64,000 bases of DNA, from assembly GCA_027320695.1 (NCBI GenBank), contig DAHVKW010000001.1, positions 10,993 to 74,992 of the forward strand, written 5' to 3'. The position numbers were made by a program, and so were the translations under genes. The notes under the pieces were generated by a model that was given only the letters and a program-made list of their open reading frames with translations, searched no databases and was not told the origin of the DNA. Of this stretch, positions 30,280 through 40,056 are shown piece by piece. The stretch's first letter is position 1. Each line of letters opens with the position of its first letter. Source of the stretch: Actinomycetota bacterium. Its GTDB lineage: Bacteria; Actinomycetota; Acidimicrobiia; Acidimicrobiales; Acidimicrobiaceae.

Positions 30280-31062
30280 GTGGCGAGTAATCCAACTCCG
30301 GCGCGCCGCACGAGCAATCTTGGGCAAGAATTGTTCAGTCCTGTCACCTCTGCGAGAATTTCCGCAACGATAGTAAACCAGATCAGAGCTCTGATACATC
30401 AGGGCCAGCTTTCCCCTGGCGACAGACTTCCGTCCGAGAGGGAGTTATGCACCTCATTCGGGGTCAGCAGAATTACCATTCGTGACGCTTTGCGAGTCCT
30501 TGAATCTTCAGGTCTAATCGAGATTCGGGTCGGCGCACATGGAGGCGCGTACGTAACGGCGCCAACCAGCAGCAACATAATCTCAGGAATTACTGACATG
30601 CTTGCAATGTCATCGCTCTCGGCAGCGGAGATCACTGAAGCTAGGATCATATTTGAACTTGGGATCATTGAGCTTGTTTGCGAACGAGCAAAAGAGGAAG
30701 ATTTCGAGGAGTTGGAGGAGATTCTGGAGCGATCACGTGCTTCGCTGGAAACTAACAGCTACAACACGGATCTTTCGGCGGAATTTCACGTTCGTCTCGC
30801 CAAGAGCGCTCACAACCGGACGTTGAATCTAATTATCGAGTCGTTTCAGGGTCCACTACGCTATTCCCTGCTCGAAGCAAAGCATGCGGCTCCGGCGATG
30901 GGCCATCCGGGCGTCCTCGAGCACCAGGAACTCTTGAAGGCACTGCAGAACAGGGATCCCGTCGCTGCCAGAGATGTCCTTTACAGGCACCTGAGTCGCA
31001 CATATCACCGGCTGATCCATGATGAAGCTGAGGCGGCAGCGGAGGAAGCTCCGCAGCCCTAG
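30280..31062 (+). CDS. GntR/FadR family transcriptional regulator
   Basis: The wHTH reads GDRLPSERELCTSFGVSRITIRDALRVLESSGLIEIRVG. The C-terminal half is an FCD-like helical domain. Confidence 0.85.
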   Translation: MASNPTPARRTSNLGQELFSPVTSARISATIVNQIRALIHQGQLSPGDRLPSERELCTSFGVSRITIRDALRVLESSGLIEIRVGAHGGAYVTAPTSSNIISGITDMLAMSSLSAAEITEARIIFELGIIELVCERAKEEDFEELEEILERSRASLETNSYNTDLSAEFHVRLAKSAHNRTLNLIIESFQGPLRYSLLEAKHAAPAMGHPGVLEHQELLKALQNRDPVAARDVLYRHLSRTYHRLIHDEAEAAAEEAPQP

Positions 31063-31118
31063 GCATGCCATGGACTGCCCGCTTCTGGTGATGCCTAGCA
31101 ATCAGAATTAGAAGTGGA

Positions 31119-31823
31119 TCATGAAGGTTTTCTAGCCATGATTAGGAAGGTGTAATAGGCCTGCCAAGCGGTCTGGACTTCGTTGAACTCTGCTTCCAAC
31201 AAGGCCGAAACATGGTCGCTGATCGCAGGAGCCGGCTTATCGTGGTGGTGTCCAGAAGTGCTGCTCGCCTTCGAGCTTCTCGCGAACAACGACTTTCGCG
31301 CTGATCTGAAGGTTTCGTCCCAATAATGGCCCATGTATGCGTGGTCGAGATTAACCACCCACCCTCCTGGCCGGACTAGCTGTGAAACCTCGCCATAAAA
31401 GGTTTTCAGTTCGCCCGGAGTTAGATGATGCGTAGCTCGCGAACATAGCACCACGTCGAGTCCGACAGGCAGCTCCATCGCGGAGATGTGGTGCATGTCC
31501 CCTTGTACCCATGTGATTCGCGAAGCATATGCCGCAAGTCCCTCTCTGGCGGCATCCTCCATTGTTTGGGATGCATCCTGCCAGATTCCGGTCGAGCTGG
31601 GAAATTTATCCAGGAAGATCTTCAAAAAGGTGCCTGGCCCTGAGGCTATATCGGCAACCTTGGAAACTTCCCCTGAAGTTGCAACTATGGAGGCGGCGAT
31701 TCTTCGCGGAAAGTCCAGCATCTCTCCCGCCACGTCCGCCGTGAGCCAGCTTTGTGCTTCGTCTTCTGTCCATTGTTTTGCCACAGAGCCCTCGAATGTC
31801 TTGCCCGGTACAGAATTTGCCAC
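31119..31823 (-). CDS. class I SAM-dependent methyltransferase
   Basis: Motif I is VADIASGPGTF. 234 aa. Confidence 0.75.
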   Translation of the reverse strand: MANSVPGKTFEGSVAKQWTEDEAQSWLTADVAGEMLDFPRRIAASIVATSGEVSKVADIASGPGTFLKIFLDKFPSSTGIWQDASQTMEDAAREGLAAYASRITWVQGDMHHISAMELPVGLDVVLCSRATHHLTPGELKTFYGEVSQLVRPGGWVVNLDHAYMGHYWDETFRSARKSLFARSSKASSTSGHHHDKPAPAISDHVSALLEAEFNEVQTAWQAYYTFLIMARKPS

Positions 31824-31901
31824 TCAAATGTTGATGATTAGCAGCAACATTCTCTGTTAAAGAAGCATATGCAACTAATGTATAATAATATAACACCAAT
31901 A

Positions 31902-31923
31902 GTTCGAGAGTGGATTTTGTAAA
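31902..31923 (+). promoter_or_regulatory. shared upstream box GTTCGAGAGTGGATTTTGTAAA, copy 2, upstream of the bicupin gene
   Basis: Matches 30183..30202 except for a 2-nt insertion and one substitution. It lies 40 nt upstream of the ATG at 31963. Confidence 0.35.
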
Positions 31924-31962
31924 CATCGCGAGACTCTCAGCTTCGTTCAATTAGGAGGAACC

Positions 31963-32964
31963 ATGGGGAAAGACGGGCGCGTATTTGTGCGCGGAATGAC
32001 ATCGCAAACATACGGACTTTCAGGATTTCGCGATCTGCAGCTGGAACTGGACAGGGTTAGAAGCGACACCGTAGTTACCGATGATGCAACCGTTGGCCAC
32101 TCTGGGGATTCCGAAGAGTCTCGCACTTGGTGGAAGATTGGTCCCGGGGATGATGATTTTCTCACCCAAACTCTCCAAGTTCACTTCGTTGAGCTGTTTC
32201 CTGGTGGTTCCAACCATGGCCACGGACATCAGAACGAGGCGCTTTTTTACATCCTTGAGGGCAAGGGATACGAGATTCATGACGACAAGCGCTACGACTG
32301 GGCGAAAGGCGATCTGGTTGTAGTACACGACGACTCGGTTCACCGCCACTTCAACGATTCTAAAACCGAGCGCGCGCTCTGCATCATTTTCAAGGCAAAA
32401 TCGCAGTGGATGTTCCTGGGCATGATCCAGCAGGGTCGAAGTGGCCCCTTTGAAAAAGAGGGCTTCGGACCGCGTATCGAGTGGGGCCAGGTGTGGCTAG
32501 ACGATGTTGAAAGCCGGAAAAAAGTAGTCCATTCGTCCGACTGCAAATGGGAAGATGTGCCCGGTGGAAGAATCCGAGTCATGTCGTCCCCGGAGCGGAC
32601 AGACGTCAGAGCTTTCAGCGTCGACGTGTACGAGCAGGAAGTGAATCCAAACTCGGAAAGCGAAGCTCACTGGCATATGGCGGACGAAGTTGTGTATGTC
32701 TTGTCCGGGAGCGGGAAAAGCATTCAATGGCAGGTTGAAGCAGAAATTGCCGAGAAGTACTATGCCCATGTTGCCGAAACTCCAAGAACCTTCGACATCA
32801 ATGTAGGCGATGTTCTCTACATTCCCCAGAACACTATTCATCAGTACGTGAATAGTTCCAATGAGCCTCTGGTATTTCTCTCGGCTCAAAACCGCATGTT
32901 CAAGTTACTGGGCTATAAGGATGAAGTCCATGTGAAGCTGGATAAAGGCCGTCCCGTCTTCTAA
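31963..32964 (+). CDS. bicupin protein (dioxygenase-like)
   Basis: AGGAGG plus 4 nt, then ATG. Two cupin modules: GGSNHGHGHQNEALFYILEGKGY...GDLVVVHDDSVHRHFN, and a second with HWHMADEVVYVLSGSG. Confidence 0.7.
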   Translation: MGKDGRVFVRGMTSQTYGLSGFRDLQLELDRVRSDTVVTDDATVGHSGDSEESRTWWKIGPGDDDFLTQTLQVHFVELFPGGSNHGHGHQNEALFYILEGKGYEIHDDKRYDWAKGDLVVVHDDSVHRHFNDSKTERALCIIFKAKSQWMFLGMIQQGRSGPFEKEGFGPRIEWGQVWLDDVESRKKVVHSSDCKWEDVPGGRIRVMSSPERTDVRAFSVDVYEQEVNPNSESEAHWHMADEVVYVLSGSGKSIQWQVEAEIAEKYYAHVAETPRTFDINVGDVLYIPQNTIHQYVNSSNEPLVFLSAQNRMFKLLGYKDEVHVKLDKGRPVF

Positions 32965-33055
32965 ACAAAGGGTACGATCCAGCCAGCCCAATCGTGTAAC
33001 CGGCCACGCTTTTAACAGCGTGGCCGGAATTTTTAGGGCCTCGCTTTCGTGGCGA

Positions 33056-33541
33056 TTAAAGAGTCCGACAAAGATCGTTTGCATTTCGCATTTTGGATTT
33101 GACCTGGGATGCAATTAAGGACAGCGATATGCCAAGCAACCACAGATCCTTGGCCATTGCGATCCCTTGGCTGGTCGGTCGCAGACTCTTCTCACCCCTC
33201 ATTCCTGGAATGCGAAGGTAAAGGCCAACAAGTCCGGCTGAAAAGGGCAGCATGACTGTTCCAGCGACCGCGTCCGGAATCAGGGGAATCAACAAAAGTG
33301 TCCCGAGGAGAACTTCAAGGGATCCGAACAATTTGGCGAAGCGTGTCGATCCCACTACATCGAGAATTGGATAGGCGGTAACTGCCATTCCAAACACGTG
33401 TTCAAGGTAGTCGTCCTCGCCATTCAATTTGTTTAAACCCGAGTTCAAGATGAATGCTCCTGCCGTAAACCGGATTGGATAGTTCTGCATTTGCGAATGC
33501 CTAAAAAACATTTTGCGCCCTTTCCCAGTTTGATGATTCAT
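33056..33541 (-). CDS. hypothetical membrane protein (possibly DoxX-like)
   Basis: 161 aa with 3-4 hydrophobic segments. I see only weak resemblance to DoxX (FILNSGLNKL). Confidence 0.45.
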   Translation of the reverse strand: MNHQTGKGRKMFFRHSQMQNYPIRFTAGAFILNSGLNKLNGEDDYLEHVFGMAVTAYPILDVVGSTRFAKLFGSLEVLLGTLLLIPLIPDAVAGTVMLPFSAGLVGLYLRIPGMRGEKSLRPTSQGIAMAKDLWLLGISLSLIASQVKSKMRNANDLCRTL

Positions 33542-33609
33542 CTCTACACACGATACAAATCTCGCGACCGCTGATCAAGCTGGATGTAAGGTCGTGGTGA
33601 TCGACCCTT

Positions 33610-35358
33610 TCACACGCCCTGCGCCACTGCAATATTTCTTCGCCTGGGTTGCGGCGCGAAGGGTTTCAGGTTGTCAATCCCCCATCGATGGCAGAAATCG
33701 CCAAACTCTTCTCCGTCGTTAGCATGCGCGGCGTACAAAAGCACGATGGGCTCCAGCGCGGCGACAACTCCTTCTGAGGCAACATCGGTTGCATATATTT
33801 CACCGAGTCGGTTGCCGGCCCTGTCGGCGCATAAATAGATGTCGTATGAATGCTTAGACCTACCCACTATGCCTATCTCTGCGAGGTATGGCCGAGCGCA
33901 TCCATTTGGGCAGCCAGTCATCCGTATCTCGATGTCGAGGTGTGAAAGGCCAAGGTCGTCAAGTAGCTGGTTGAAGGTCAGAAGGAACGTTGGGAGAAAC
34001 CTTTCTGACTCAGTCAGCGCGAGACCGCAGGTAGGCAACGCCGGGCATGCAAATGCCGAACGCGATATGGAGGTATAGTCCTCGGCTAGTTTTATTCCGA
34101 ACGAAGTCAAGATCGCGATGATTTCGTCGCGCGCAATTTCAGGGATATCGGTGAGAATGACATCCTCCTTCGCCGTGAATCGCACCGATAAGTTGAACTT
34201 GGTTACCAGGTCCCTGATGGCGGTCCTATGGGCTCCGCTGGCCGTGTCGGCAATTCGGCCGCTCGGCACTTTAATGCCATATGCGAGATGATCTTTGGAC
34301 TGCTCGATCCAGCCCAAGTGATCGCAGCTGTTGGAGAACTCCAAACTGTCGAGCCTTTTAAGCACCAGCCCCGAGCGCCTCTCGGACTCCATGCGCAACC
34401 TGTCGGTACCCCACTCCTCAACTAGATATTTGAATCTGGCGTGAGAGCGGTCAGCACGGTTCCCATGATCTCGCTGAATCGAAATAACTGTGTCAATTAC
34501 CTCGAATAAGTCGCTTCTTGGCACTGTAGCAAATGGCTTTGCCAGAAGAGGCTTCGTCGTGTCGTCGGAATACGATCGTCCCAGGCCACCCCCAGCCAGA
34601 ATGTGAATGAAGTTGGGGTCAGTTTCGTCGATAACCAACGCAAGGTCGCAAGACAACACATCAATGCAGTTGTCGAGGGTCGTCGTAAGGCCGATCTTGA
34701 ACTTCCGGGGAAGATATGACGAACCATACAAGGGCTCAATTGTATCGGCGGAAACGGCGGCCTGAAGATTAGGAACCTTTTCACCGTCCAGCCAGATCTC
34801 GTAGTAGGCGCTCGAGGCAGGCTTGTAGCGTTTCGATATCTGATTGGCTAGTTCGCCCAGGCCGAGTGTTTCAATTTCCGGCGCAGGAGAGGGGCATGCG
34901 GTGACATTTCTCACCACGTCGCCACACCCGCCATAAGTGGAGAGGAGTACCTGGTTTACTTTTTGAATAAGCGCTTTAATATTTTGCTTGGTAACGAAGT
35001 GAAACTGGATTCCTTGCCGCGTTGTGACTCTGAGGGTCTGATTTCCAAACGCATCTGCGAGTTGGTCCGCCGCCAGGTACTGTTCAGGTGACAGGCGGCC
35101 TCCTGGAATTGCTAGACGGATCATGCAAATATGTTCGACGTCAAGCCCGACGCGTTTTCTGTCAGCTCTGACGTCGCGATTATCCTGATTATAGATACCG
35201 TGGAATTTCAATAGCTGTTCAGATTCGCCCGAGAAGTTGGGCAAGCCGTTTGAAAGTTCTTCGACAATGCTTCCTCTCAATTCATTGCTTGACTGTTTTA
35301 TCAGTTCTACCTTCGATTCTGTGCCTTGGTCCTTTGGTTGTGATGTCCTAAAAGTCAT
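33610..35358 (-). CDS. cysI: assimilatory sulfite reductase hemoprotein (CysI/Sir family)
   Basis: KVELIKQSSNELRGSIVEEL...LLKFHGIYNQDNRD is the typical N-terminus. Siroheme/4Fe-4S cysteines: CPALPTCGLA...TGCPNGCARP. It is the last gene of the cys operon. Confidence 0.88.
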   Translation of the reverse strand: MTFRTSQPKDQGTESKVELIKQSSNELRGSIVEELSNGLPNFSGESEQLLKFHGIYNQDNRDVRADRKRVGLDVEHICMIRLAIPGGRLSPEQYLAADQLADAFGNQTLRVTTRQGIQFHFVTKQNIKALIQKVNQVLLSTYGGCGDVVRNVTACPSPAPEIETLGLGELANQISKRYKPASSAYYEIWLDGEKVPNLQAAVSADTIEPLYGSSYLPRKFKIGLTTTLDNCIDVLSCDLALVIDETDPNFIHILAGGGLGRSYSDDTTKPLLAKPFATVPRSDLFEVIDTVISIQRDHGNRADRSHARFKYLVEEWGTDRLRMESERRSGLVLKRLDSLEFSNSCDHLGWIEQSKDHLAYGIKVPSGRIADTASGAHRTAIRDLVTKFNLSVRFTAKEDVILTDIPEIARDEIIAILTSFGIKLAEDYTSISRSAFACPALPTCGLALTESERFLPTFLLTFNQLLDDLGLSHLDIEIRMTGCPNGCARPYLAEIGIVGRSKHSYDIYLCADRAGNRLGEIYATDVASEGVVAALEPIVLLYAAHANDGEEFGDFCHRWGIDNLKPFAPQPRRRNIAVAQGV

Positions 35359-35456
35359 GTTGTTCTCCTGTCACCTTTGTGCTTTGAATTGGAAAATGTT
35401 GAAACTCTCTTTGGCGCCGGCACTCGCTTGGGCCTGGCTTGGATGCTTCGTTGCCG

Positions 35457-36623
35457 TCACGTTTGGTAAGCGCGCCTCAAGACCTCTGCTACTTCGGGTC
35501 GTGAAAATTCCGGGGGCAAACCTTCACCGTTTGCCAGTAGTTCGCGCACTTTAGTGCCTGACAGCGAAACGTGGAATTCGGGACCATGGGGGCACGTCCT
35601 CTTTGACGCTACCTGGCGACAGACTGAGCAAAAGAAACTGTGTTCGAACTTCAATATGTGAATATCGAGTTCTCCCTGAGGTAGCGTGTCGAAAATCTCC
35701 TGCGCTGCGTAGGTTGAGTAGTAATTTCCCACTCCCGCATGATCTCGCCCCACAATGAAGTGAGTGCATCCGTAGTTCTTTCTCGATATAGCATGCAAAA
35801 TCGCTTCTTTAGGTCCCGCATAGCGCATTGCAGCGGGGTATACACCCAGAAGGGTCCTGTCACTCGGGTAGTATCTTTCTAGCAGCACTGAGTATGCCTC
35901 CATTCGCGCCGGAACTGGCACATCGTCACTCTTTGTCTGGCCTACCAATGGGTTTAAGTAAAGACCGTCCACTACCTCAAGAGCGATTTTATGGAGATAT
36001 TCGTGGGCTCTGTGAACAGGATTCCGAGTCTGAAATGCGGCCACCGATTTCCAGTTTCTGTCAGCGAAGGCCTTCCTCGTCTGAACCGGGGTTAGATATT
36101 CGGGCCCCTCATAGCCACGGATTGTTTCATGGAGCGACAACATGCCCGTGAGAGCCCTATCGCCGCCGGAATAGAGAATTTTGACGCCGGGGTGGTCCTG
36201 CGATGCGGTCGCATAAATTTTTGACGCCTCCAATTCGAGGTCGAGTTTGAAGATTTCGTCGATTTCGAGAGTTGCTACGTGGTTCAGATCATGCGTCAGC
36301 TCGAGATACCTTGCCGTCGGGTCTATCTGGCCCGAGAGAAACTGGAAGACTATCGGAATCGGCCAGAGAGTTCCGTCGGTCAAATGCATCGATTCGATGA
36401 CCGAAAAATAGTCTGACTTGCCCATAAACGTTTCGAGCGGCGAGTATGCTCCGATGGCGATCATTTCGAGATCCGCATATTGCCGCGGCGTAAGCTCTAA
36501 GGACACCGCGCGAGACCGCTTCTGCCGAGGAACGATAGAAAGTCCCTTTAGAGTCCCGCCATGAGGAGCGTTGAGATCTTGTGGATTCATGAATGCATCT
36601 TCCCTTTTGTAGTGTGTACTCAA
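35457..36623 (-). CDS. sat: sulfate adenylyltransferase (homo-oligomeric ATP sulfurylase)
   Basis: AFQTRNPVHRAHEYL and GRDHAGVG motifs. Confidence 0.9.
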   Translation of the reverse strand: MSTHYKREDAFMNPQDLNAPHGGTLKGLSIVPRQKRSRAVSLELTPRQYADLEMIAIGAYSPLETFMGKSDYFSVIESMHLTDGTLWPIPIVFQFLSGQIDPTARYLELTHDLNHVATLEIDEIFKLDLELEASKIYATASQDHPGVKILYSGGDRALTGMLSLHETIRGYEGPEYLTPVQTRKAFADRNWKSVAAFQTRNPVHRAHEYLHKIALEVVDGLYLNPLVGQTKSDDVPVPARMEAYSVLLERYYPSDRTLLGVYPAAMRYAGPKEAILHAISRKNYGCTHFIVGRDHAGVGNYYSTYAAQEIFDTLPQGELDIHILKFEHSFFCSVCRQVASKRTCPHGPEFHVSLSGTKVRELLANGEGLPPEFSRPEVAEVLRRAYQT

Positions 36624-36687
36624 CCCGGCCGCGATAAGGTCGGCGAACTTCGCCTATCGAAGTAGCTGCCAGAATTCGTTAGCTCGA

Positions 36688-37323
36688 TCAGAGTGATCCC
36701 CATAGGCCGCATTCGGTTCTTCCCTGCCCATTGAACCGCCCGGAGCGCTGGTCGTCCCCAGGGCGAACCGCCTTTGTGCATGGCCAACACCCCATCGAGA
36801 GAAATCCGCTGAGGTACAGGGGATGGATTTCAAGATGTCGCGCTTTTGCGTATTTCTCCAGTTCCAGGCGAGAAAGGTTTACCAGAGGGTTGATGTGGGT
36901 AGGAGAACCCTCCTCGACAATCTGTAATTGCGACCTTCCTCGGGCACTGTCCCTGGTCCTGGCATTGATCAGGGCAGAGGGTTTGAGTATCGACAGGTAC
37001 TCGCTTAGCGGCGCGATCTTATTTATCTGGCAGCACTTGACGGGATCGGTCTCAAATAGAAATCCGCTTTCGGTATTAGACCGCAATTTCACGAATGAAA
37101 TGCGGCTATATCTCGCCTCCAAACTCTGCCAAAAGTGCAAGGTTTCTGGAAAATGGTAACCGGTGTCGACAAAGATCAGCTTTCCAGCAAATCCCGCTCG
37201 CGAGGCTATATCCAATAAGACCGTGCCGGAAAGATTCAGGCCCGTGGTCATGACTACGTCGTCGTAGTTTGCAAGTGACCAGCGGATGATTTCCTCGGCT
37301 TCGCTGGTGTCAATTCCGGTCAA
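36688..37323 (-). CDS. cysH: adenylyl-sulfate / phosphoadenylyl-sulfate reductase (thioredoxin), with the Fe-S cluster cysteine pattern
   Basis: It carries KCCQINKIAPL, GCWPCT and the C-terminal ECGLW. The CC...CxxC pattern is the one found in APS-type reductases. Confidence 0.88.
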   Translation of the reverse strand: MTGIDTSEAEEIIRWSLANYDDVVMTTGLNLSGTVLLDIASRAGFAGKLIFVDTGYHFPETLHFWQSLEARYSRISFVKLRSNTESGFLFETDPVKCCQINKIAPLSEYLSILKPSALINARTRDSARGRSQLQIVEEGSPTHINPLVNLSRLELEKYAKARHLEIHPLYLSGFLSMGCWPCTKAVRPGDDQRSGRFNGQGRTECGLWGSL

Positions 37324-37858
37324 CTATGCCCTCCTTTGCAAGGAGAGTGAGCACTTCTTCTACCGATCCGGAAATCTGCGTTCCATCAGTGTCCAAGCGA
37401 AGAGCCGGAAATTCAGGCCGTTCATATGGATCATCAACGCCGGTCAGGTTCTTTACTTCGCCCAGCTGCGCACGTCGGTAAAGGCCCTTGGTGTCCCGCC
37501 GCTCCAACACTGGCAAGGGCGCGTCAACAAAGATCTCAAATCCCCTCGCAAACGAACCAATGGCACCGTTTCGCGAGTCACGGTATGGGCTTATTGCGGA
37601 GACGAGCACGACGATGCCATTTTTGGCGAGAAGGTTTGCAACGAAGGCGATGCGTTGAACCTGGAGATCGCGATCTTTTTTCGAGAACCCAAGATCGCTC
37701 GATAGTGTTGCCCTCACCTCGTCGCCGTCAAGCAGCTCCGTTTTTACGCCGTGTTTCAATAGATCTGCTTGAACTTCTTTAGCTATCGTGGTTTTCCCTG
37801 CTCCGGAAAGTCCGGTGAACCAGAGAACCGGGGCGTGATCTGCCATAAAATCCTCCAT
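37310..37858 (-). CDS. cysC: adenylylsulfate kinase
   Basis: VLWFTGLSGAGKTTIA P-loop. 182 aa. It overlaps cysH by 14 nt. Confidence 0.9.
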   Translation of the reverse strand: MEDFMADHAPVLWFTGLSGAGKTTIAKEVQADLLKHGVKTELLDGDEVRATLSSDLGFSKKDRDLQVQRIAFVANLLAKNGIVVLVSAISPYRDSRNGAIGSFARGFEIFVDAPLPVLERRDTKGLYRRAQLGEVKNLTGVDDPYERPEFPALRLDTDGTQISGSVEEVLTLLAKEGIVDRN

Positions 37859-37887
37859 TAGAGTAATTATGAGTGTTCAGTACCTGG

Positions 37888-38610
37888 TCAGGAGTTAGAT
37901 TGGCTTCTTGACAATCGGCCATCTAACAAATTGTTAGTGAATGGGGTTACAGGCCAGGTCTCATGCTCGTCAGGTTGGACGCCGGGTGCGAATGCCAAGC
38001 CAAACGATGGAGTCCCATGGTCCTTGATGCTTGTGTGCGCCGGCTTTGTTCCTGCGAGCTGTCGAGACCTGACACGGTTTTCTAGGGCAGTCCAGTCGAA
38101 ATCAAATGTTGAGCGGCCGCTAGCCTTAAGCAGCGCTCTGGATGCGACAAAGGCATCGAGTACCAATAAGTCCTCAATACCGACCTGGCTCGCCAACCGC
38201 GTGCTGAGCCTCGAGGCAAAGGCTGGAGAGGCGCCATTGGTCGATACGGCAATTTCAATATGCGGATCGATTCGTCTTACGGCTACGTGGCAGAAACTCG
38301 ATGTTGGCTTTTCATCCAAAGTATTCAACAGAAACCCAAACTTTCTGGACTTCTTGAAGAGCCACTCGTTTATCGCTCTGTCTCTATCTGTGGCGATAAC
38401 CAGAAAGACGTCTCTGAAATTGCGGGCGCGCAGCTTCGGTTGGTAGGAGAAATTGACGCCCTCGAGCCGGGTTCCCAAGGTGGGGTCCGAGGTAGAAACA
38501 AGGGTCACCTTCGCTCCCTCGTTCGACAATGACTTGGATCTGGAGACTGCTTCAGAACCCGAGCCAACTATCAGCACAGTCCTACCCTTTAAGTTAAGGG
38601 AGATCATCAT
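37888..38610 (-). CDS. precorrin-2 dehydrogenase / sirohydrochlorin ferrochelatase (CysG N-domain / SirC type)
   Basis: LKGRTVLIVGSGSEAVSRSKSL is a Rossmann motif. 240 aa. It heads the sulfite reductase operon. Confidence 0.8.
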   Translation of the reverse strand: MMISLNLKGRTVLIVGSGSEAVSRSKSLSNEGAKVTLVSTSDPTLGTRLEGVNFSYQPKLRARNFRDVFLVIATDRDRAINEWLFKKSRKFGFLLNTLDEKPTSSFCHVAVRRIDPHIEIAVSTNGASPAFASRLSTRLASQVGIEDLLVLDAFVASRALLKASGRSTFDFDWTALENRVRSRQLAGTKPAHTSIKDHGTPSFGLAFAPGVQPDEHETWPVTPFTNNLLDGRLSRSQSNS

Positions 38611-38768
38611 GCCCGCAATCCCCCACGATCAAAAGCTTTTGCTGACGTGCCTGGGGTGCAAAGTGCTGCGTTCGGGACGATTAGCTCGGTGAATGCATGG
38701 CAAGCGGCCTGTGCAAAGGAAGCTAAACTCCTGGTCGATGCTTCTGCTTCTAATCTTGAAATTGGCAT
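38607..38768 (-). CDS. 53-aa hypothetical protein translationally coupled to the siroheme gene
   Basis: Below the ORF-track cutoff. GGGGAGAG lies 4 nt upstream of the ATG at 38768. Its TGA stop overlaps the downstream ATG (ATGA at 38607..38610). I see no recognisable family. Confidence 0.35.
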   Translation of the reverse strand: MPISRLEAEASTRSLASFAQAACHAFTELIVPNAALCTPGTSAKAFDRGGLRA

Positions 38769-39219
38769 ATTCTCTCCCCTTTTTGACTTATAGAGACACT
38801 CTAAAGGCTAAATCTTAAATCCTGACTAATCTGATCAGAATTTAAAAGAATAGTTTTATTGTGGTTCTGTGACCACTACCGAATGGCACCTGTGGGGAAC
38901 ATTGGTTTCCTAGATGCGACAGCACCCAGCTGAAGCTGTTTTCGCCTTGAGAAGCTTCCTGGCACTCAATGAACGTGTACCATCGGTACCATAAAAACAT
39001 TGCATATTGCGCATTCAAATAACTTTCTAGTTCGATTGGAATTCAGCCGACGCTTTGCTAAGGAAGGGCCCGGCCGTGCTGGCTCCTCCTTTAGTCGGCA
39101 AGCCCACCTATTCCTGGAAAGGAAGCCCCTGTCGCCCGCCAGACACTGGAGCGCCACATCTTCCCATTTGCGAGCAAGCGGCGTAAACTCTCACATTCGA
39201 GGAGCTGCATGGAGCTGCA

Positions 39220-40056
39220 ATGAACAATCCTGAAAGGCTCGATGCCCGCTCCGGCTCAAAGCCGAGGCGTCTTCTTCCAAAACTCCAGCCGGTGAGCATG
39301 AACCCACACCATCCAAAGGACAGCTGGCCGCGGATTCTCCTTGTGCACGGAACTATGGACAGGGCAAGCTCGTTCAAAAGAGTGGCAAGACACCTCAGTG
39401 AGTTTGAGGTGGTCTCTTACGATCGGCGCGGATACGGCAACTCGCAGTTTCAGGATTCGGATGGCAACCCGAAAAAAGTCTCTTGGCAGATCCATCTTGA
39501 CGATCTCGCGGAAATGATTGATGAAGGACCAACCGTAGTCTTCGGCCACTCCTATGGAGGCACCCTGGCGCTACTGGCGGCCGAACGCCATGTCGAAAAT
39601 CTTCTCGGTGTTGTTACTTTCGAATCGCCTCTTTCCTGGTGGCAAGGATGGTCCCGTTGGTCCGCGCACTCCATGGATCCTAACGACGACATCGATACAG
39701 CCTGGGCCGAACAGGAAGCCAGAAGGTTCATGATCGCCCAAATCGGCGAGGACACCTGGAAGAGGCTGCCGTCCTCCACGAAGGCGCAGCGGGAGTCGGA
39801 AGGTGTGACCATGGTTTCCGAGATGAGTTCTATGGCGAACCTTTTCCCCGTTCTTGACCCGGCACAAATTGCAGTGCCCACATTGGTCGCACGCTCTGAA
39901 AATGCACCGGAGAGGCATGTGAAGGGCAGCATCTATCTCGCGGAAAATATCCCGCACTCCCGGCTCGAAATAGTCTCGAACACGAGCCATGGAATCCATT
40001 TGCGCAGGCCGGAGAAGGTCGGCGATCTCGTTCGCACCCTCATAGCCGCCTGCTAG
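39220..40056 (+). CDS. alpha/beta hydrolase
   Basis: ILLVHGTMDR oxyanion region and the GHSYGG nucleophile elbow. The true start may be the internal MNPHH. Confidence 0.75.
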   Translation: MNNPERLDARSGSKPRRLLPKLQPVSMNPHHPKDSWPRILLVHGTMDRASSFKRVARHLSEFEVVSYDRRGYGNSQFQDSDGNPKKVSWQIHLDDLAEMIDEGPTVVFGHSYGGTLALLAAERHVENLLGVVTFESPLSWWQGWSRWSAHSMDPNDDIDTAWAEQEARRFMIAQIGEDTWKRLPSSTKAQRESEGVTMVSEMSSMANLFPVLDPAQIAVPTLVARSENAPERHVKGSIYLAENIPHSRLEIVSNTSHGIHLRRPEKVGDLVRTLIAAC

